The position numbers and the translations under genes were made by a program. A stretch of 64,000 nucleotides of DNA from the NCBI RefSeq assembly GCF_050920415.1, contig NZ_CP169309.1. One strand, 5' to 3'. This DNA comes from Escherichia coli (GTDB lineage: Bacteria; Pseudomonadota; Gammaproteobacteria; Enterobacterales; Enterobacteriaceae). Below the pieces are notes generated by a model that saw nothing but the letters and a program-made list of their open reading frames with translations, made no database searches and was not told the origin of the DNA. Positions 1 to 12,452 of the stretch are shown here, piece by piece (within the stretch, counting starts at the first letter, position 1; every line of letters begins with the position of its first letter).

Positions 1-150
1 TGGTCGCGCCATCGTGCCGATACGCGTGCCGAGAAAACAGAGAACAGGGTAAGGAAGCTGTACCCAAAGCCAGAGTACACCAAGCCCAAACCACGTGAGC
101 CAGTAGCGAGGATGTAGAAACTCGCGGGAAAATTTGCATTTTGGAAACAT
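1..150 (-). CDS. lpxP: LpxP lipid A palmitoleoyltransferase, N-terminal fragment; gene continues beyond window start
   Basis: Reverse-strand translation from ATG at 150 reads [35 protein letters not shown], matching the remembered LpxP N-terminus; synteny with yfdY/ypdI. Confidence 0.7.
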   Translation of the reverse strand, partial: MFPKCKFSREFLHPRYWLTWFGLGVLWLWVQLPYPVLCFLGTRIGTMARP

Positions 151-502
151 AGTTACCTTCTGTAGATACAAATTGTTGTATCGCAGAAGATTCCATGTCG
201 ACAGCGGTACACTCAATTGATTGGGCCATCATGTACGACAATGGTTCCTGTAAAGAGTGTAAAGACTAGTCAGGACATAACCACGAGGAGCATGAATGCG
301 GTGCTTTTACTTTATCACTGGCTGACTGCTTTCAGCTACTGATTATTTATCGTGCAAAGTAAATATTTTTTCGCACATTACAGTCTTGCATTTAACGTGC
401 TGTTTTCATTAATACTTAGCAAAAATTGCCAGAGGTTAAGGATTGTCTTACTATTAAAGTGACTGAAGTTACAGGTTTTTTAGCGCGGCAGGAGGTTGAG
501 CT

Positions 503-745
503 ATGATTTATTTATGGATGTTTCTCGCCCTGTGTATTGTCTGCGTAAGCGGATACATCGGTCAGGTACTGAACGTGGTCTCGGCGGTCTCTTCTTTCTT
601 CGGCATGGTGATCCTCGCTGCACTCATTTACTACTTCACCATGTGGTTAACTGGCGGTAATGAACTAGTGACGGGGATATTTATGTTTCTTGCCCCGGCT
701 TGTGGCTTGATGATTCGCTTTATGGTGGGGTATGGCAGGCGGTAG
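503..745 (+). CDS. yfdY: small inner-membrane protein YfdY
   Basis: 80-aa ORF with two hydrophobic helices; sequence and position match K-12 yfdY as remembered. Confidence 0.75.
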   Translation: MIYLWMFLALCIVCVSGYIGQVLNVVSAVSSFFGMVILAALIYYFTMWLTGGNELVTGIFMFLAPACGLMIRFMVGYGRR

Positions 746-821
746 TAGTTCAGGATGGATCATTTGGGCAGGTGCTCACATCATCAACAGATATGATTGT
801 TCACCTGCCATGTGACAGACG

Positions 822-1097
822 CTATCGCACAGGATGAATAAGATAATTCGCCTTTGTCGGAAAAGGGGGCGTGATGTCTTCTGTGAGATTTAATGGTGGC
901 GCATCTTCTCTCATCTTAAACAAAATCGCCTGTGATGGTTGAAGTTTTGTAGAATGAGTTGTCGTCATCACTGACGTTTTTTCTGTCTCTTTATAGCTCG
1001 TCTCACTTCCGCCACCAGAAATGGAAAATGCAAAAACATTGCATGCCATAATAGAGACCAATAAAAATAAGCTAAAAAGCATTAAGTTTACTTTCAT
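822..1097 (-). CDS. ypdI: putative lipoprotein YpdI
   Basis: 91-aa ORF with signal peptide and lipobox-like IMAC; synteny. Confidence 0.7.
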   Translation of the reverse strand: MKVNLMLFSLFLLVSIMACNVFAFSISGGGSETSYKETEKTSVMTTTHSTKLQPSQAILFKMREDAPPLNLTEDITPPFPTKANYLIHPVR

Positions 1098-1239
1098 AGA
1101 AAGTTATCCTGAGAATGGCTCACTGAGAACCTACGATGTTATGACTGTATTTACATTTAATTAATCAGTATTTACATCGATATAATAAATGACATCTCTT
1201 TGTGGTATATAAGAATAGTTCTCTGCGACAGGAAGCATA

Positions 1240-1257
1240 TTCCTACAATTGTAAGAC
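1240..1257. promoter_or_regulatory. candidate EvgA box upstream of yfdX (TTCCTACA-at-TGTAAGAC); a second weaker copy at 1283-1300
   Basis: Match to remembered EvgA consensus TTCYTACA-N2-TGTARGAA, about 135 bp upstream of yfdX. Confidence 0.45.
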
Positions 1258-1392
1258 TAAAATACTTCTTGCGATAATAACTACAACTGTAAGATAACCC
1301 TTTCAAAATGACCGTTGCTCTCTGATTTCTCATTTCATGCTCACCCAATATGATGGCGGCGTTTTCTAAAACTGTTAAAGAATGAGGTAAGT

Positions 1393-2025
1393 ATGAAACG
1401 TTTAATTATGGCTACGATGGTCACAGCAGTTCTGGCATCTTCAACTGTATGGGCTGCTGATAATGCACCGGTAGCAGCACAACAGCAAACTCAGCAAGTT
1501 CAGCAAACCCAGAAAACGGTAGCAGCAGAGCGTATCTCTGAACAGGGTTTATATGCGATGCGTGACGTGCAGGTAGCGCGCCTGGCTCTGTTTCATGGCG
1601 ATCCGGAAAAGGCAAAAGAACTGACCAATGAAGCTTCCGCTTTGCTGTCAGATGACAGTACTGAATGGGCAAAGTTCGCTAAGCCAGGTAAAAAGACCAA
1701 TATCAATGATGACCAATATATTGTCATTAATGCATCTGTCGGAATTTCTGAGAGTTATGTAGCGACACCCGAAAAAGAAGCAGCGATAAAAATTGCGAAT
1801 GAAAAAATGGCGAAAGGGGATAAAAAGGGAGCAATGGAAGAGCTTCGCCTGGCCGGTGTTGGCGTAATGGAAAACCAATATCTGATGCCGCTTAAACAGA
1901 CTCGTAATGCACTTGCTGATGCGCAGAAACTGCTTGATAAAAAGCAATACTACGAGGCAAACCTGGCGCTTAAAGGTGCGGAAGATGGAATCATCGTCGA
2001 TAGCGAAGCACTGTTTGTGAACTAA
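1393..2025 (+). CDS. yfdX: periplasmic protein YfdX
   Basis: 210-aa ORF with signal peptide; recognised as YfdX; synteny with frc-oxc. Confidence 0.85.
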   Translation: MKRLIMATMVTAVLASSTVWAADNAPVAAQQQTQQVQQTQKTVAAERISEQGLYAMRDVQVARLALFHGDPEKAKELTNEASALLSDDSTEWAKFAKPGKKTNINDDQYIVINASVGISESYVATPEKEAAIKIANEKMAKGDKKGAMEELRLAGVGVMENQYLMPLKQTRNALADAQKLLDKKQYYEANLALKGAEDGIIVDSEALFVN

Positions 2026-2538
2026 TGCTGACAGGCAGCATATTGAAGTAAAAGATTTTACTCCCTCCAGGCGACAATTTTTTATGACCACAATACGACC
2101 GATTGTGGTCATAAAATTATTTGGCGCTCGCGGTTCTATAAACACGCATTATCTATTCCTCAAAGTAAACATCAATAATCCCGTGTCATCACGAAATCAT
2201 TGTTTATGTTATGTTTTATGGTACGATTTAAAAATCGTAATCATTTCCCTCACTGTAAATCACAATCGCTTCTTACAGTTGTAAGAATAACATCACAAAT
2301 GTCGCGGCTCTCTCTGATTACCGCAAACCAATATTTATCATATTCTTCTTTTCGTCCTCACTACTTACCATGCAAAAAGGAATTGGTAGTGGCGATGAAA
2401 TGATTTCCAGCACTTGATACAGGAATTTAAAAATATCGAGTGCAGCTACGACGATATTTTGCGGATTATTTATAGAGGGCGTTATGCCTTAAATAAACGC
2501 TAAATTAACATATATTTAATTAACTAATAGGTATTGCT

Positions 2539-3789
2539 ATGTCAACTCCACTTCAAGGAATTAAAGTTCTCGATTTCACCGGTGTGCAATCTGGCCCATC
2601 TTGTACTCAGATGCTGGCGTGGTTTGGCGCTGACGTCATTAAAATTGAACGTCCCGGCGTTGGTGACGTAACGCGTCGCCAGCTGCGAGATATTCCTGAT
2701 ATCGATGCACTTTACTTCACCATGCTTAACAGCAACAAACGTTCTATTGAATTAAATACCAAAACAGCGGAAGGCAAAGAGGTAATGGAAAAGCTGATCC
2801 GCGAAGCTGATATCTTGGTCGAGAACTTTCATCCAGGGGCTATTGATCACATGGGCTTCACCTGGGAGCATATTCAGGAAATCAACCCACGTCTGATTTT
2901 TGGTTCGATCAAAGGGTTTGATGAGTGTTCGCCTTATGTGAATGTAAAAGCCTATGAAAACGTTGCTCAGGCAGCGGGTGGCGCGGCATCCACTACGGGT
3001 TTTTGGGACGGCCCGCCGCTGGTAAGCGCTGCAGCGTTGGGTGACAGCAACACCGGAATGCATTTGCTGATCGGTTTACTTGCTGCTTTGCTGCATCGCG
3101 AAAAAACGGGGCGTGGGCAACGAGTTACCATGTCAATGCAGGATGCCGTGTTGAACCTTTGCCGCGTGAAATTACGCGACCAGCAGCGCCTCGATAAGCT
3201 GGGTTATCTGGAAGAATACCCGCAGTATCCGAATGGCACATTTGGTGATGCAGTTCCCCGCGGTGGTAATGCGGGTGGTGGCGGTCAGCCTGGCTGGATC
3301 CTGAAATGTAAAGGCTGGGAAACCGATCCTAATGCCTATATTTATTTCACTATTCAGGAGCAAAACTGGGAAAACACCTGTAAAGCTATCGGCAAACCAG
3401 AATGGATTACCGATCCGGCATATAGTACAGCTCATGCCCGACAGCCACATATTTTCGATATTTTTGCTGAAATCGAAAAATACACTGTCACTATTGATAA
3501 ACATGAAGCGGTGGCCTATTTGACTCAGTTTGATATTCCTTGTGCACCGGTTTTAAGTATGAAAGAAATTTCACTCGATCCCTCTTTGCGCCAAAGTGGC
3601 AGTGTTGTCGAAGTAGAGCAACCGTTGCGTGGAAAATATCTGACCGTTGGTTGTCCAATGAAATTCTCTGCCTTTACGCCGGATATTAAAGCTGCGCCGC
3701 TATTAGGTGAACATACCGCTGCTGTATTGCAGGAGCTGGGTTATAGCGACGATGAAATTGCTGCAATGAAGCAAAACCACGCCATCTGA
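2539..3789 (+). CDS. frc: formyl-CoA:oxalate CoA-transferase
   Basis: 416-aa family III CoA-transferase; recognised Frc sequence. Confidence 0.9.
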   Translation: MSTPLQGIKVLDFTGVQSGPSCTQMLAWFGADVIKIERPGVGDVTRRQLRDIPDIDALYFTMLNSNKRSIELNTKTAEGKEVMEKLIREADILVENFHPGAIDHMGFTWEHIQEINPRLIFGSIKGFDECSPYVNVKAYENVAQAAGGAASTTGFWDGPPLVSAAALGDSNTGMHLLIGLLAALLHREKTGRGQRVTMSMQDAVLNLCRVKLRDQQRLDKLGYLEEYPQYPNGTFGDAVPRGGNAGGGGQPGWILKCKGWETDPNAYIYFTIQEQNWENTCKAIGKPEWITDPAYSTAHARQPHIFDIFAEIEKYTVTIDKHEAVAYLTQFDIPCAPVLSMKEISLDPSLRQSGSVVEVEQPLRGKYLTVGCPMKFSAFTPDIKAAPLLGEHTAAVLQELGYSDDEIAAMKQNHAI

Positions 3790-3842
3790 TATTAACGGGG
3801 GCTTCTGGCTCCCAATTTATAAAAATTTCGAGGTTATTAATC

Positions 3843-5537
3843 ATGTCAGATCAACTTCAAATGACAGATGGTATGCATATCATCGTTGAAGCATTAAAAC
3901 AGAATAATATTGACACTATTTATGGTGTTGTAGGTATTCCTGTGACGGATATGGCGCGCCATGCCCAGGCGGAAGGCATTCGTTATATTGGTTTTCGTCA
4001 TGAGCAATCTGCAGGCTATGCGGCTGCGGCAAGCGGTTTTCTTACCCAAAAGCCAGGGATCTGCCTGACCGTTTCTGCGCCAGGATTCCTCAATGGTTTG
4101 ACCGCATTGGCCAACGCAACAGTAAATGGTTTTCCGATGATCATGATCAGCGGCTCCAGCGATCGCGCGATCGTTGATCTCCAGCAAGGTGATTATGAAG
4201 AGCTGGACCAAATGAATGCGGCAAAACCCTATGCCAAAGCGGCATTCCGCGTTAACCAGCCGCAGGATCTTGGCATTGCGTTGGCACGCGCTATCCGGGT
4301 CTCCGTTTCGGGTCGCCCTGGTGGTGTTTATCTTGATTTGCCAGCAAATGTCCTGGCTGCGACGATGGAAAAAGACGAAGCATTAGCCACTATTGTTAAA
4401 GTTGAAAACCCATCGCCAGCGTTATTGCCATGCCCGAAGTCAGTCACTAGTGCAATTTCGCTGTTAGCAAAAGCAGAACGGCCATTAATTATCCTTGGTA
4501 AAGGCGCGGCGTATTCACAAGCTGATGAGCAGCTTCGTGAGTTTATTGAAAGTACCCAGATTCCATTCCTGCCAATGTCTATGGCGAAAGGGATCCTGGA
4601 AGATACGCATCCACTTTCTGCGGCGGCTGCGCGTTCGTTTGCGCTGGCAAATGCTGATGTTGTCATGCTTGTTGGGGCGCGACTGAATTGGTTACTGGCG
4701 CACGGTAAAAAAGGATGGGCGGCAGATACACAGTTTATTCAACTGGATATAGAACCGCAGGAAATTGACAGCAACCGCCCCATTGCTGTGCCAGTCGTTG
4801 GTGATATTGCATCCAGTATGCAAGGTATGCTGGCAGAACTGAAACAAAACACATTTACGACTCCACTGGTGTGGCGCGATATTTTAAATATCCACAAGCA
4901 GCAAAATGCGCAAAAAATGCATGAAAAGTTAAGTACAGATACCCAACCATTAAATTACTTTAATGCATTGAGTGCGGTGCGCGATGTATTGCGCGAGAAC
5001 CAGGATATTTATGTAGTTAATGAAGGGGCAAATACCCTGGATAATGCACGAAATATTATTGATATGTATAAACCACGTCGTCGTCTGGATTGTGGCACCT
5101 GGGGTGTCATGGGCATCGGTATGGGCTATGCCATCGGTGCTAGCGTGACCTCTGGTTCTCCGGTTGTCGCCATTGAAGGTGATAGTGCTTTTGGTTTCAG
5201 TGGGATGGAGATTGAAACGATTTGTCGATATAACCTGCCGGTGACGATCGTTATTTTTAATAATGGCGGCATCTACAGAGGAGACGGTGTTGATCTCAGT
5301 GGCGCTGGTGCACCATCACCAACAGATCTATTGCACCATGCAAGGTATGACAAATTAATGGATGCATTTCGTGGCGTTGGATATAACGTCACCACGACAG
5401 ATGAGCTTCGTCATGCGTTAACCACCGGTATTCAGTCGCGCAAACCGACCATTATTAATGTGGTCATCGACCCAGCAGCAGGAACTGAAAGTGGCCATAT
5501 TACCAAACTTAACCCAAAACAAGTCGCTGGTAATTAA
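3843..5537 (+). CDS. oxc: oxalyl-CoA decarboxylase (TPP-dependent)
   Basis: 564-aa TPP enzyme with GDSAFGFS-type motif; recognised Oxc. Confidence 0.9.
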
Positions 5538-5605
5538 ATACTGACATCGTCTCCTCTTGCCAACTCATTATCGATGGTGAGGGGACCCTTATCGGAAATA
5601 CTATT

Positions 5606-6550
5606 ATGCTAACATTTTTTATTGGCGATTTATTGCCTATTATCGTAATCATGCTGTTGGGTTATTTTAGCGGCAGACGAGAAACTTTTTCAGAAGATCA
5701 AGCCCGGGCATTTAATAAACTGGTATTAAACTACGCTCTTCCTGCGGCCCTATTTGTTTCTATTACCCGGGCAAACAGGGAAATGATTTTTGCGGACACT
5801 CGCCTGACCCTTGTATCACTTGTGGTTATTGTCGGATGTTTCTTTTTCTCCTGGTTTGGTTGCTACAAATTTTTTAAACGTACCCATGCAGAAGCAGCAG
5901 TATGTGCATTAATTGCAGGTTCACCTACCATTGGATTCCTGGGGTTTGCAGTTCTCGACCCTATTTATGGTGATTCCGTATCAACAGGTTTAGTGGTAGC
6001 AATTATTTCTATTATTGTTAACGCAATTACTATTCCTATTGGTCTGTATTTGCTGAATCCCTCCTCAGGAGCGGATGGTAAGAAGAATAGCAATCTGAGC
6101 GCGTTAATCTCTGCGGCAAAGGAGCCAGTCGTATGGGCACCTGTTCTGGCAACGATCCTGGTGTTGGTTGGGGTAAAAATTCCGGCAGCATGGGATCCAA
6201 CCTTTAATCTGATTGCGAAGGCCAACTCAGGGGTAGCGGTATTCGCTGCGGGGTTGACTCTGGCTGCACATAAATTCGAGTTCAGTGCTGAAATTGCTTA
6301 TAACACCTTCCTGAAGCTGATTCTGATGCCACTGGCACTGCTTCTCGTTGGTATGGCATGTCATTTGAACAGCGAACATCTGCAGATGATGGTACTGGCA
6401 GGCGCATTACCGCCGGCATTCTCCGGAATCATTATTGCCAGCCGGTTTAATGTCTACACCCGCACTGGTACAGCGTCATTGGCTGTTAGCGTGCTGGGTT
6501 TTGTCGTCACGGCTCCCTTGTGGATTTATGTCAGTCGACTGGTTTCATAA
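5606..6550 (+). CDS. yfdV: AEC-family membrane transporter YfdV
   Basis: 314-aa polytopic membrane protein; synteny. Confidence 0.8.
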
Positions 6551-6623
6551 TTAATCATGTTATTAATTTTCATAAATGCCGAAGAGTCTTTTCACCTTCG
6601 GCTTTTTTTCAAGGCATAAGCAA

Positions 6624-7769
6624 ATGACAAATACTAAAAGCAAAGGCCCATTTGAAGGGTTATTAGTTATTGATATGACTCATGTCCTTAATGGGCCTTT
6701 CGGAACTCAACTCCTTTGTAATATGGGCGCAAGGGTCATTAAAGTTGAGCCGCCGGGTCATGGTGATGATACCCGCACATTTGGTCCCTATGTGGATGGG
6801 CAGTCACTCTATTACAGTTTTATTAATCATGGCAAAGAGAGCGTGGTTCTTGATTTAAAGAATGACCACGATAAAAGTATATTTATAAATATGCTTAAAC
6901 AAGCGGATGTATTAGCTGAGAATTTTCGCCCAGGTACAATGGAAAAACTGGGATTTTCGTGGGAAACGCTACAAGAAATCAACCCACGCCTCATATATGC
7001 TTCATCGTCAGGTTTCGGACATACCGGTCCGCTAAAAGATGCTCCGGCCTACGATACCATTATTCAGGCAATGAGTGGAATAATGATGGAAACGGGATAT
7101 CCTGATGCTCCGCCAGTGCGTGTTGGCACCTCTCTTGCAGATCTCTGTGGCGGTGTCTATTTATTCAGTGGAATCGTGAGTGCGCTTTATGGCCGCGAAA
7201 AGAGCCAGCGAGGGGCGCATGTCGATATCGCGATGTTTGATGCCACTCTGAGTTTTCTGGAGCATGGACTGATGGCATATATCGCGACAGGGAAGTCACC
7301 ACAACGCCTGGGAAATCGCCATCCCTACATGGCTCCTTTTGATGTTTTCGATACTCAGGATAAACCAATTACTATTTGTTGTGGTAATGACAAGCTTTTT
7401 TCTGCGTTATGCCAGGCACTGGATCTGACGGAACTTGTTGATGATCCCCGATTTAACAGCAATATTTTACGTGTACAAAATCAAGCTATTCTTAAACAAT
7501 ATATTGAGCGGACGTTAAAAACGCAGGCAGCTGAAGTTTGGTTAGCCAGAATAAATGAAGTTGGTGTGCCTGTAGCGCCGCTATTAAGTGTGGCTGAGGC
7601 CATTAATTTGCCACAAACTCAGGCGAGAAATATGTTGATTGAAGCTGGCGGAATAATGATGCCGGGTAATCCGATAAAAATCAGCGGCTGCGCGGACCCG
7701 CATGTTATGCCGGGAGCGGCAACGCTCGACCAGCATGGGGAACAAATTCGCCATGAGTTCTCATCATAA
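6624..7769 (+). CDS. yfdE: acetyl-CoA:oxalate CoA-transferase YfdE (start chosen at MTNTKSK; longer ORF begins 6576)
   Basis: Family III CoA-transferase paralogous to Frc; synteny. Confidence 0.8.
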   Translation: MTNTKSKGPFEGLLVIDMTHVLNGPFGTQLLCNMGARVIKVEPPGHGDDTRTFGPYVDGQSLYYSFINHGKESVVLDLKNDHDKSIFINMLKQADVLAENFRPGTMEKLGFSWETLQEINPRLIYASSSGFGHTGPLKDAPAYDTIIQAMSGIMMETGYPDAPPVRVGTSLADLCGGVYLFSGIVSALYGREKSQRGAHVDIAMFDATLSFLEHGLMAYIATGKSPQRLGNRHPYMAPFDVFDTQDKPITICCGNDKLFSALCQALDLTELVDDPRFNSNILRVQNQAILKQYIERTLKTQAAEVWLARINEVGVPVAPLLSVAEAINLPQTQARNMLIEAGGIMMPGNPIKISGCADPHVMPGAATLDQHGEQIRHEFSS

Positions 7770-7791
7770 ATGTAAGATGTGCTGGTAAATA

Positions 7792-7818
7792 GCTCCCACA
7801 TTTGAACCTTGTGGGAGC
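7792..7818. terminator. hairpin between convergent yfdE and evgS (9-bp stem GCTCCCACA/TGTGGGAGC)
   Basis: Inverted repeat read directly from sequence. Confidence 0.4.
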
Positions 7819-7824
7819 CGCTAT

Positions 7825-10800
7825 TTAGTCATTTTGTTGACAGAAAACCGCAATCTCCTGGTCTAACTCTGCAATGTGTTCTTTAACAGAGTTCAGCAAC
7901 TTAAGAATTTCAGGCTTGCTGTCATCTGAAACGGGCGTTATTTCTAACTGGTGGCTAAGATTAATCAACTTTTGCAAATTCAGGATGTTAGCCGCACCGT
8001 GGATGCGATGAATACACTGATGGAAAGTTCTGTTATCGCCAGCTTCTAACGCATGAAACGCAGCGGGTAGATCTTTATGCGTTTCATGCTGGAAAGTCAT
8101 GAGAATCTCCTGCATCAGTTGTAGATCGTTCGCCGTATTATTTTTCAGGGCCTCGATATCAAGGTGGCGATACTGAGGTGCAATATGTGCAACCTGGTGT
8201 AACTGACTTAAATGTGTTTTCAGTACATCCAGGGTTAACGGTTTGAACAAACATAAGTTCATGCCGCAATTTAACCCTTTTTCACGTTCGTTAGCCTGTG
8301 CGTTGGCTGTAAGCCCCCAGATGGGTAAGGAAGAATTTTGCTCACGGAGTTTGCGAGTCAACTCAAAACCATCCATATTCGGCATATTAACGTCAGTAAT
8401 AAGCAGATCATAATGTTGCATACTGACTTTGTGTAGCGCTTGCACACCATCAGTTGCTTCATCAACATCATATCCTAATAGGTTTAGCTGGCGTTTGAGT
8501 AATAGCCTGTTGGTCGGATGATCATCCGCGATTAATATGCTCAACTTTTCAGGGAGTGTCATAGGTTGTTCTGCTTTTGCCTCGACAGTCGCCACTTGTT
8601 GGGTAATTTCTACCGGGATTGTGATCGTAAATGTCGTTCCTATGCCTGGATGACTTTCTAATGACAAATCGCCCTGCATGTTTTTAATTAATTCTTTGCA
8701 GATCATTAAGCCTAAACCAGAACCTGTTTGCTGACGACCTGCTGTTGTTTGGCTATAGCGTTTAAACAGTTGTTGTTGTTCTTCCTGAGATAATCCGCTT
8801 CCGGTGTCCATAATGGTCATTTTGATAACAGCGTGGTTGTCATCAATATGAACCAGGGAAGTCGTAATTTTTACTGCCCCCTCGGTGGTAAATTTAAGGG
8901 CATTACTCAGTAAATTAGACAGCACCTGCTTAAATGCTTGAGGGTCGATTTTAACCAGGTAGCGTTCAGGAAGCGTACTGCTGCAATTTAATGCGATGGA
9001 TTTGCTTGCAGCAATCGCACCGAAAGAATGACAAGTGTTCTGGACTAAAGTAGGGATATCGACCCATTGTGGTTGAAGTTGATAGTTACCCGACTCAATT
9101 TTGTCGACATCAAGGATTTCACCAATTAAGCCGAGGAGCGACTGTCCGGTGGCGTAAGCAAGTGAAATCGCCTCCACACGTTGCTCCTTGCTAAGACCTG
9201 AACCCGACAGAAGTTCCAGGAAGCCCATAATGGAGCTTATTGGTGTTCTTATTTCGTGACTCATTGTTGCCAGGAACTGGCTTTTTGCGACAGTTGCATT
9301 GATCGCTTTATTTCTTTCTACTTCGAGTGCATGAATTAAATCACGCGTCTCGGTAATATCTTGCCAACCACAAATATATACTGCATTGTCACTTGCAGGT
9401 AAATTGCATAATGTATGCCAATGATTAATGCATCTTTTTTCAGTACCATTATTAATTTCAAAAACTTGGCTATATATTGTTCTGTTTTCTTTTGTTTCTG
9501 CTGTGACTTCATGCACATTAGAAAAAACATCTTTAAAGGGGGAGTCACTGTTTTCTAATGGTAACATTGCATTTTTGTAGTAATCAGCAGTGAAATAATG
9601 TTCAAATGCACTATTGTGACTAATGACATTACCTTGCCAGTTTACAACATAAGTTGGATTCGGTAAGGAATCCGAGAGTGCTTTCCGGAATGATATTTGG
9701 TTTTCTAAATCACCCTGAATTACCTTACGACGACGAACTGAGCGTAACAGGTAGAATCCCCATAAAAGGCTACTGCCAACTAATAAAACGGATAAAGTCG
9801 TAACAATGTAAAATTGCTCACTATAGAGGTCCCATGTGTCAATGGTCACATTGGGCATTTTGATCCATTTTTCCGTCAGGCGCAGAACTTCGCTTGGGGG
9901 AATTGCATTCAATGCTTTATTAATAATATCCTTAAGTTCTGGTTCTCCGCGAGGAAAAGCGAACGAAAGCGATGCATTCTCAACGCCGGGAATAAGAAAA
10001 TGATAAAGCTCATTAGGATAGTAATGGTCGATCATGTAACGCGAATTTAGCTGTGTCGCGACCAGGGCATCAAGTTCACCTTCCTTAACCTTGTGAAATG
10101 CAGCGCTAGCATTATCGACTTGTATCCACTCAACCTCCGGATACATCTCTTTCAATTGCGAATGAAGCTCATAATAATATGGAATGGCAACTTTCATTCC
10201 TTTTTTTAAAGTTTGTTCACTATCAGGCGCTTTTTGCATGACGAAAACGTAAGGCGTTGTTATGAATGCTTCAGCAAATAAAACATTATTTTCTCGATCT
10301 TCACTATAAATAGCGCCAGGTAAGATATCCCATCCATCGGGATTAAGCTGTGTTCCGGCATGGATATTGTGTGAAACGGTGATCGGAGAAAATCTTAAAC
10401 CTGTTTGCAATGTAATAATATTAAGAATATCCCCCATAACGCCCCGAACCGAGCCATTTTCATCAGTCATAGAATAGGGAGGGGAGTAAGGATTTTCCAG
10501 CACCTTTAAATCGGGATGTTGCTTAATCCACTGTTTTTCATGTTCAGTGAGTTCTAATGGTTTGTTCAGAAAGGCCAGGTTTCCTGTATCAAGCCAATTT
10601 TGTGATACTTCATAGCGAACTTCATTTGTTAAAGCATCAACAAACCGATTGAGTACTTCATTAAGAATGACGGATTCTTTTCTGGTCAAGAAAAAATTAT
10701 ATTGACGCGGCGAGTTATAATATTTCACTACATTTAAGGAGTGAGTGAAATAGCGGGAAATCATACTGCTGGTAATGATGTTACTACCAATAAAGTAATC

Positions 10801-11418
10801 ATTATGTCCGGTAGAAACGGATGCTAATGCCTGATATAAATTTGTAAAAGAGATAATTGTTGCTTTTGGAAATGATTGATGAATTACCTCGTCTGGGGGG
10901 TAATTTGCTACCCGAGCAATATTTACTGGTTTTGGTGAGGTAAGCGGTCGCATTGAGTCGTGAAGGGTGGTTACCAGCGCCGGAAAGGTAATTATCAATG
11001 GTTTGGTTGCAGCAATGTCATTATTAAGAGGCGGCGAAGTAACTAAATGTGATAACACTATATCGACTTCACCTTCTGCAAGCGCGTCCATTGCTTTTTG
11101 ATGATCTGCGTATTCCCGGAGTGTTAATTTGATATTTAACGCTCTTTTTAAAAGATTTAAATAATCAGCATTAATACCACGAACCCGTTGCTGCGAATCG
11201 GTATGCAACAACGTAGCCGTTTGGGACTTGTGTACTGCAATCACAAGATTTTTTTTGCTCGCTAACCAACGTAATTCCTTGTTGCTCAGACGTAGTGGAT
11301 CAAGCGTGACACGGTTGTTACTACTGATGCCACGATATTCGATGTAATCTTCGTCTGCGAAACTTATGGTCGACCAAAGACCACAACAGAGAAGAAAAAA
11401 ATAGGGTAAAAACTTCAT
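7825..11418 (-). CDS. evgS: hybrid sensor histidine kinase EvgS
   Basis: 1197 aa; periplasmic binding domains, HisKA/HATPase, receiver and HPt domains; recognised EvgS. Confidence 0.9.
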   Translation of the reverse strand: MKFLPYFFLLCCGLWSTISFADEDYIEYRGISSNNRVTLDPLRLSNKELRWLASKKNLVIAVHKSQTATLLHTDSQQRVRGINADYLNLLKRALNIKLTLREYADHQKAMDALAEGEVDIVLSHLVTSPPLNNDIAATKPLIITFPALVTTLHDSMRPLTSPKPVNIARVANYPPDEVIHQSFPKATIISFTNLYQALASVSTGHNDYFIGSNIITSSMISRYFTHSLNVVKYYNSPRQYNFFLTRKESVILNEVLNRFVDALTNEVRYEVSQNWLDTGNLAFLNKPLELTEHEKQWIKQHPDLKVLENPYSPPYSMTDENGSVRGVMGDILNIITLQTGLRFSPITVSHNIHAGTQLNPDGWDILPGAIYSEDRENNVLFAEAFITTPYVFVMQKAPDSEQTLKKGMKVAIPYYYELHSQLKEMYPEVEWIQVDNASAAFHKVKEGELDALVATQLNSRYMIDHYYPNELYHFLIPGVENASLSFAFPRGEPELKDIINKALNAIPPSEVLRLTEKWIKMPNVTIDTWDLYSEQFYIVTTLSVLLVGSSLLWGFYLLRSVRRRKVIQGDLENQISFRKALSDSLPNPTYVVNWQGNVISHNSAFEHYFTADYYKNAMLPLENSDSPFKDVFSNVHEVTAETKENRTIYSQVFEINNGTEKRCINHWHTLCNLPASDNAVYICGWQDITETRDLIHALEVERNKAINATVAKSQFLATMSHEIRTPISSIMGFLELLSGSGLSKEQRVEAISLAYATGQSLLGLIGEILDVDKIESGNYQLQPQWVDIPTLVQNTCHSFGAIAASKSIALNCSSTLPERYLVKIDPQAFKQVLSNLLSNALKFTTEGAVKITTSLVHIDDNHAVIKMTIMDTGSGLSQEEQQQLFKRYSQTTAGRQQTGSGLGLMICKELIKNMQGDLSLESHPGIGTTFTITIPVEITQQVATVEAKAEQPMTLPEKLSILIADDHPTNRLLLKRQLNLLGYDVDEATDGVQALHKVSMQHYDLLITDVNMPNMDGFELTRKLREQNSSLPIWGLTANAQANEREKGLNCGMNLCLFKPLTLDVLKTHLSQLHQVAHIAPQYRHLDIEALKNNTANDLQLMQEILMTFQHETHKDLPAAFHALEAGDNRTFHQCIHRIHGAANILNLQKLINLSHQLEITPVSDDSKPEILKLLNSVKEHIAELDQEIAVFCQQND

Positions 11419-11422
11419 GTGA

Positions 11423-12037
11423 TTAGCCGATTTTGTTACGTTGCGCGAATGTGTAAAGATCCATCAGTGATTTACATTCTAATTTTTCCATCAGGCGACT
11501 TTTATACGTGCTGACAGTTTTGTTGCTGATGAACATTTTTTCCGCAATGTCATTATTGTCCTTGCCATCAAGAATATACCTCATGACACTAATTTCTTGT
11601 TTCGATAAGGAGTCGAGTTTTTGCTGGTCGGACGTTAAACTTCCAACAAACCGGTTGAGAGAGAAAGGGAAATAGCAGTAGCCATTTTTTGCAGCTTCAA
11701 TAGCCGCAATGATATTGTTCATGCCTTCTTTTTTACTCACGAATCCATTAGCGCCAGCATCAGCACAATGTTTCCCGTAAAAATGGTCATTTTTAGCGGA
11801 GACGATAATAATAATTCCGCTATATTGGCGCTTCCTCAGCGTTTCTAACACCTGGATACCGTTAACTCCGGGGATATCGACATCAATGATGACGATATCA
11901 GGTTTAAGTGTTTCCACCCGCTGAACGGCACTTCCCCCTTCAGTCAACTCCGCTAAGATTTCAATATCGTTTTTGATCAATAAATTACGAATTGCTGCGA
12001 TAGCAAGAGGATGGTCATCAATAATTATTGCGTTCAT
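11423..12037 (-). CDS. evgA: response regulator EvgA (LuxR/NarL family)
   Basis: 204 aa, receiver plus LuxR HTH; recognised EvgA. Confidence 0.9.
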   Translation of the reverse strand: MNAIIIDDHPLAIAAIRNLLIKNDIEILAELTEGGSAVQRVETLKPDIVIIDVDIPGVNGIQVLETLRKRQYSGIIIIVSAKNDHFYGKHCADAGANGFVSKKEGMNNIIAAIEAAKNGYCYFPFSLNRFVGSLTSDQQKLDSLSKQEISVMRYILDGKDNNDIAEKMFISNKTVSTYKSRLMEKLECKSLMDLYTFAQRNKIG

Positions 12038-12261
12038 AGATTATTCCCTTTGCAATGAAGCATCTCCCTTCTCCCTGTAGTAATACAGACATAAGGCATC
12101 ATCTCATTTTCTCAATCAAAATAAGAAAATTTGAGCTTCCTTTAAGATAATTCAACAAGTATACCATATAAATAGTCGGCATAAATGAAATGTCAACAAT
12201 AAAATCAGGGATAATACCGCTAACTTATAGTTTCAAATGAGTACTATAAGGCTTCTTATTA

Positions 12262-12279
12262 ATCCTACAGGCGTAAGAA
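12262..12279. promoter_or_regulatory. candidate EvgA box in evgA-emrK divergent region (ATCCTACA-gg-CGTAAGAA)
   Basis: Near-consensus EvgA inverted repeat, one mismatch per half-site. Confidence 0.45.
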
Positions 12280-12452
12280 TTGTATTGCAAAAGTCACGGT
12301 TTAGTCCTCTGTTGTATCTTCTGCAACTCCTTTAAATTAGGCCTCCAACGTTCCTGGGATAATGTGTAACACATGCACTGTGTTTGATATGAAGAATGAA
12401 TACTCTTTTCATTCAATTCATAAATTTCATCTATGCGAAATGAGAGATAATA

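Noticed and set aside
1648-2145. 165-aa reverse ORF over yfdX, and similar antisense ORFs inside oxc, evgS, dsdA, cscA and the portal gene
   Set aside because: Antisense to well-supported genes; typical six-frame noise.
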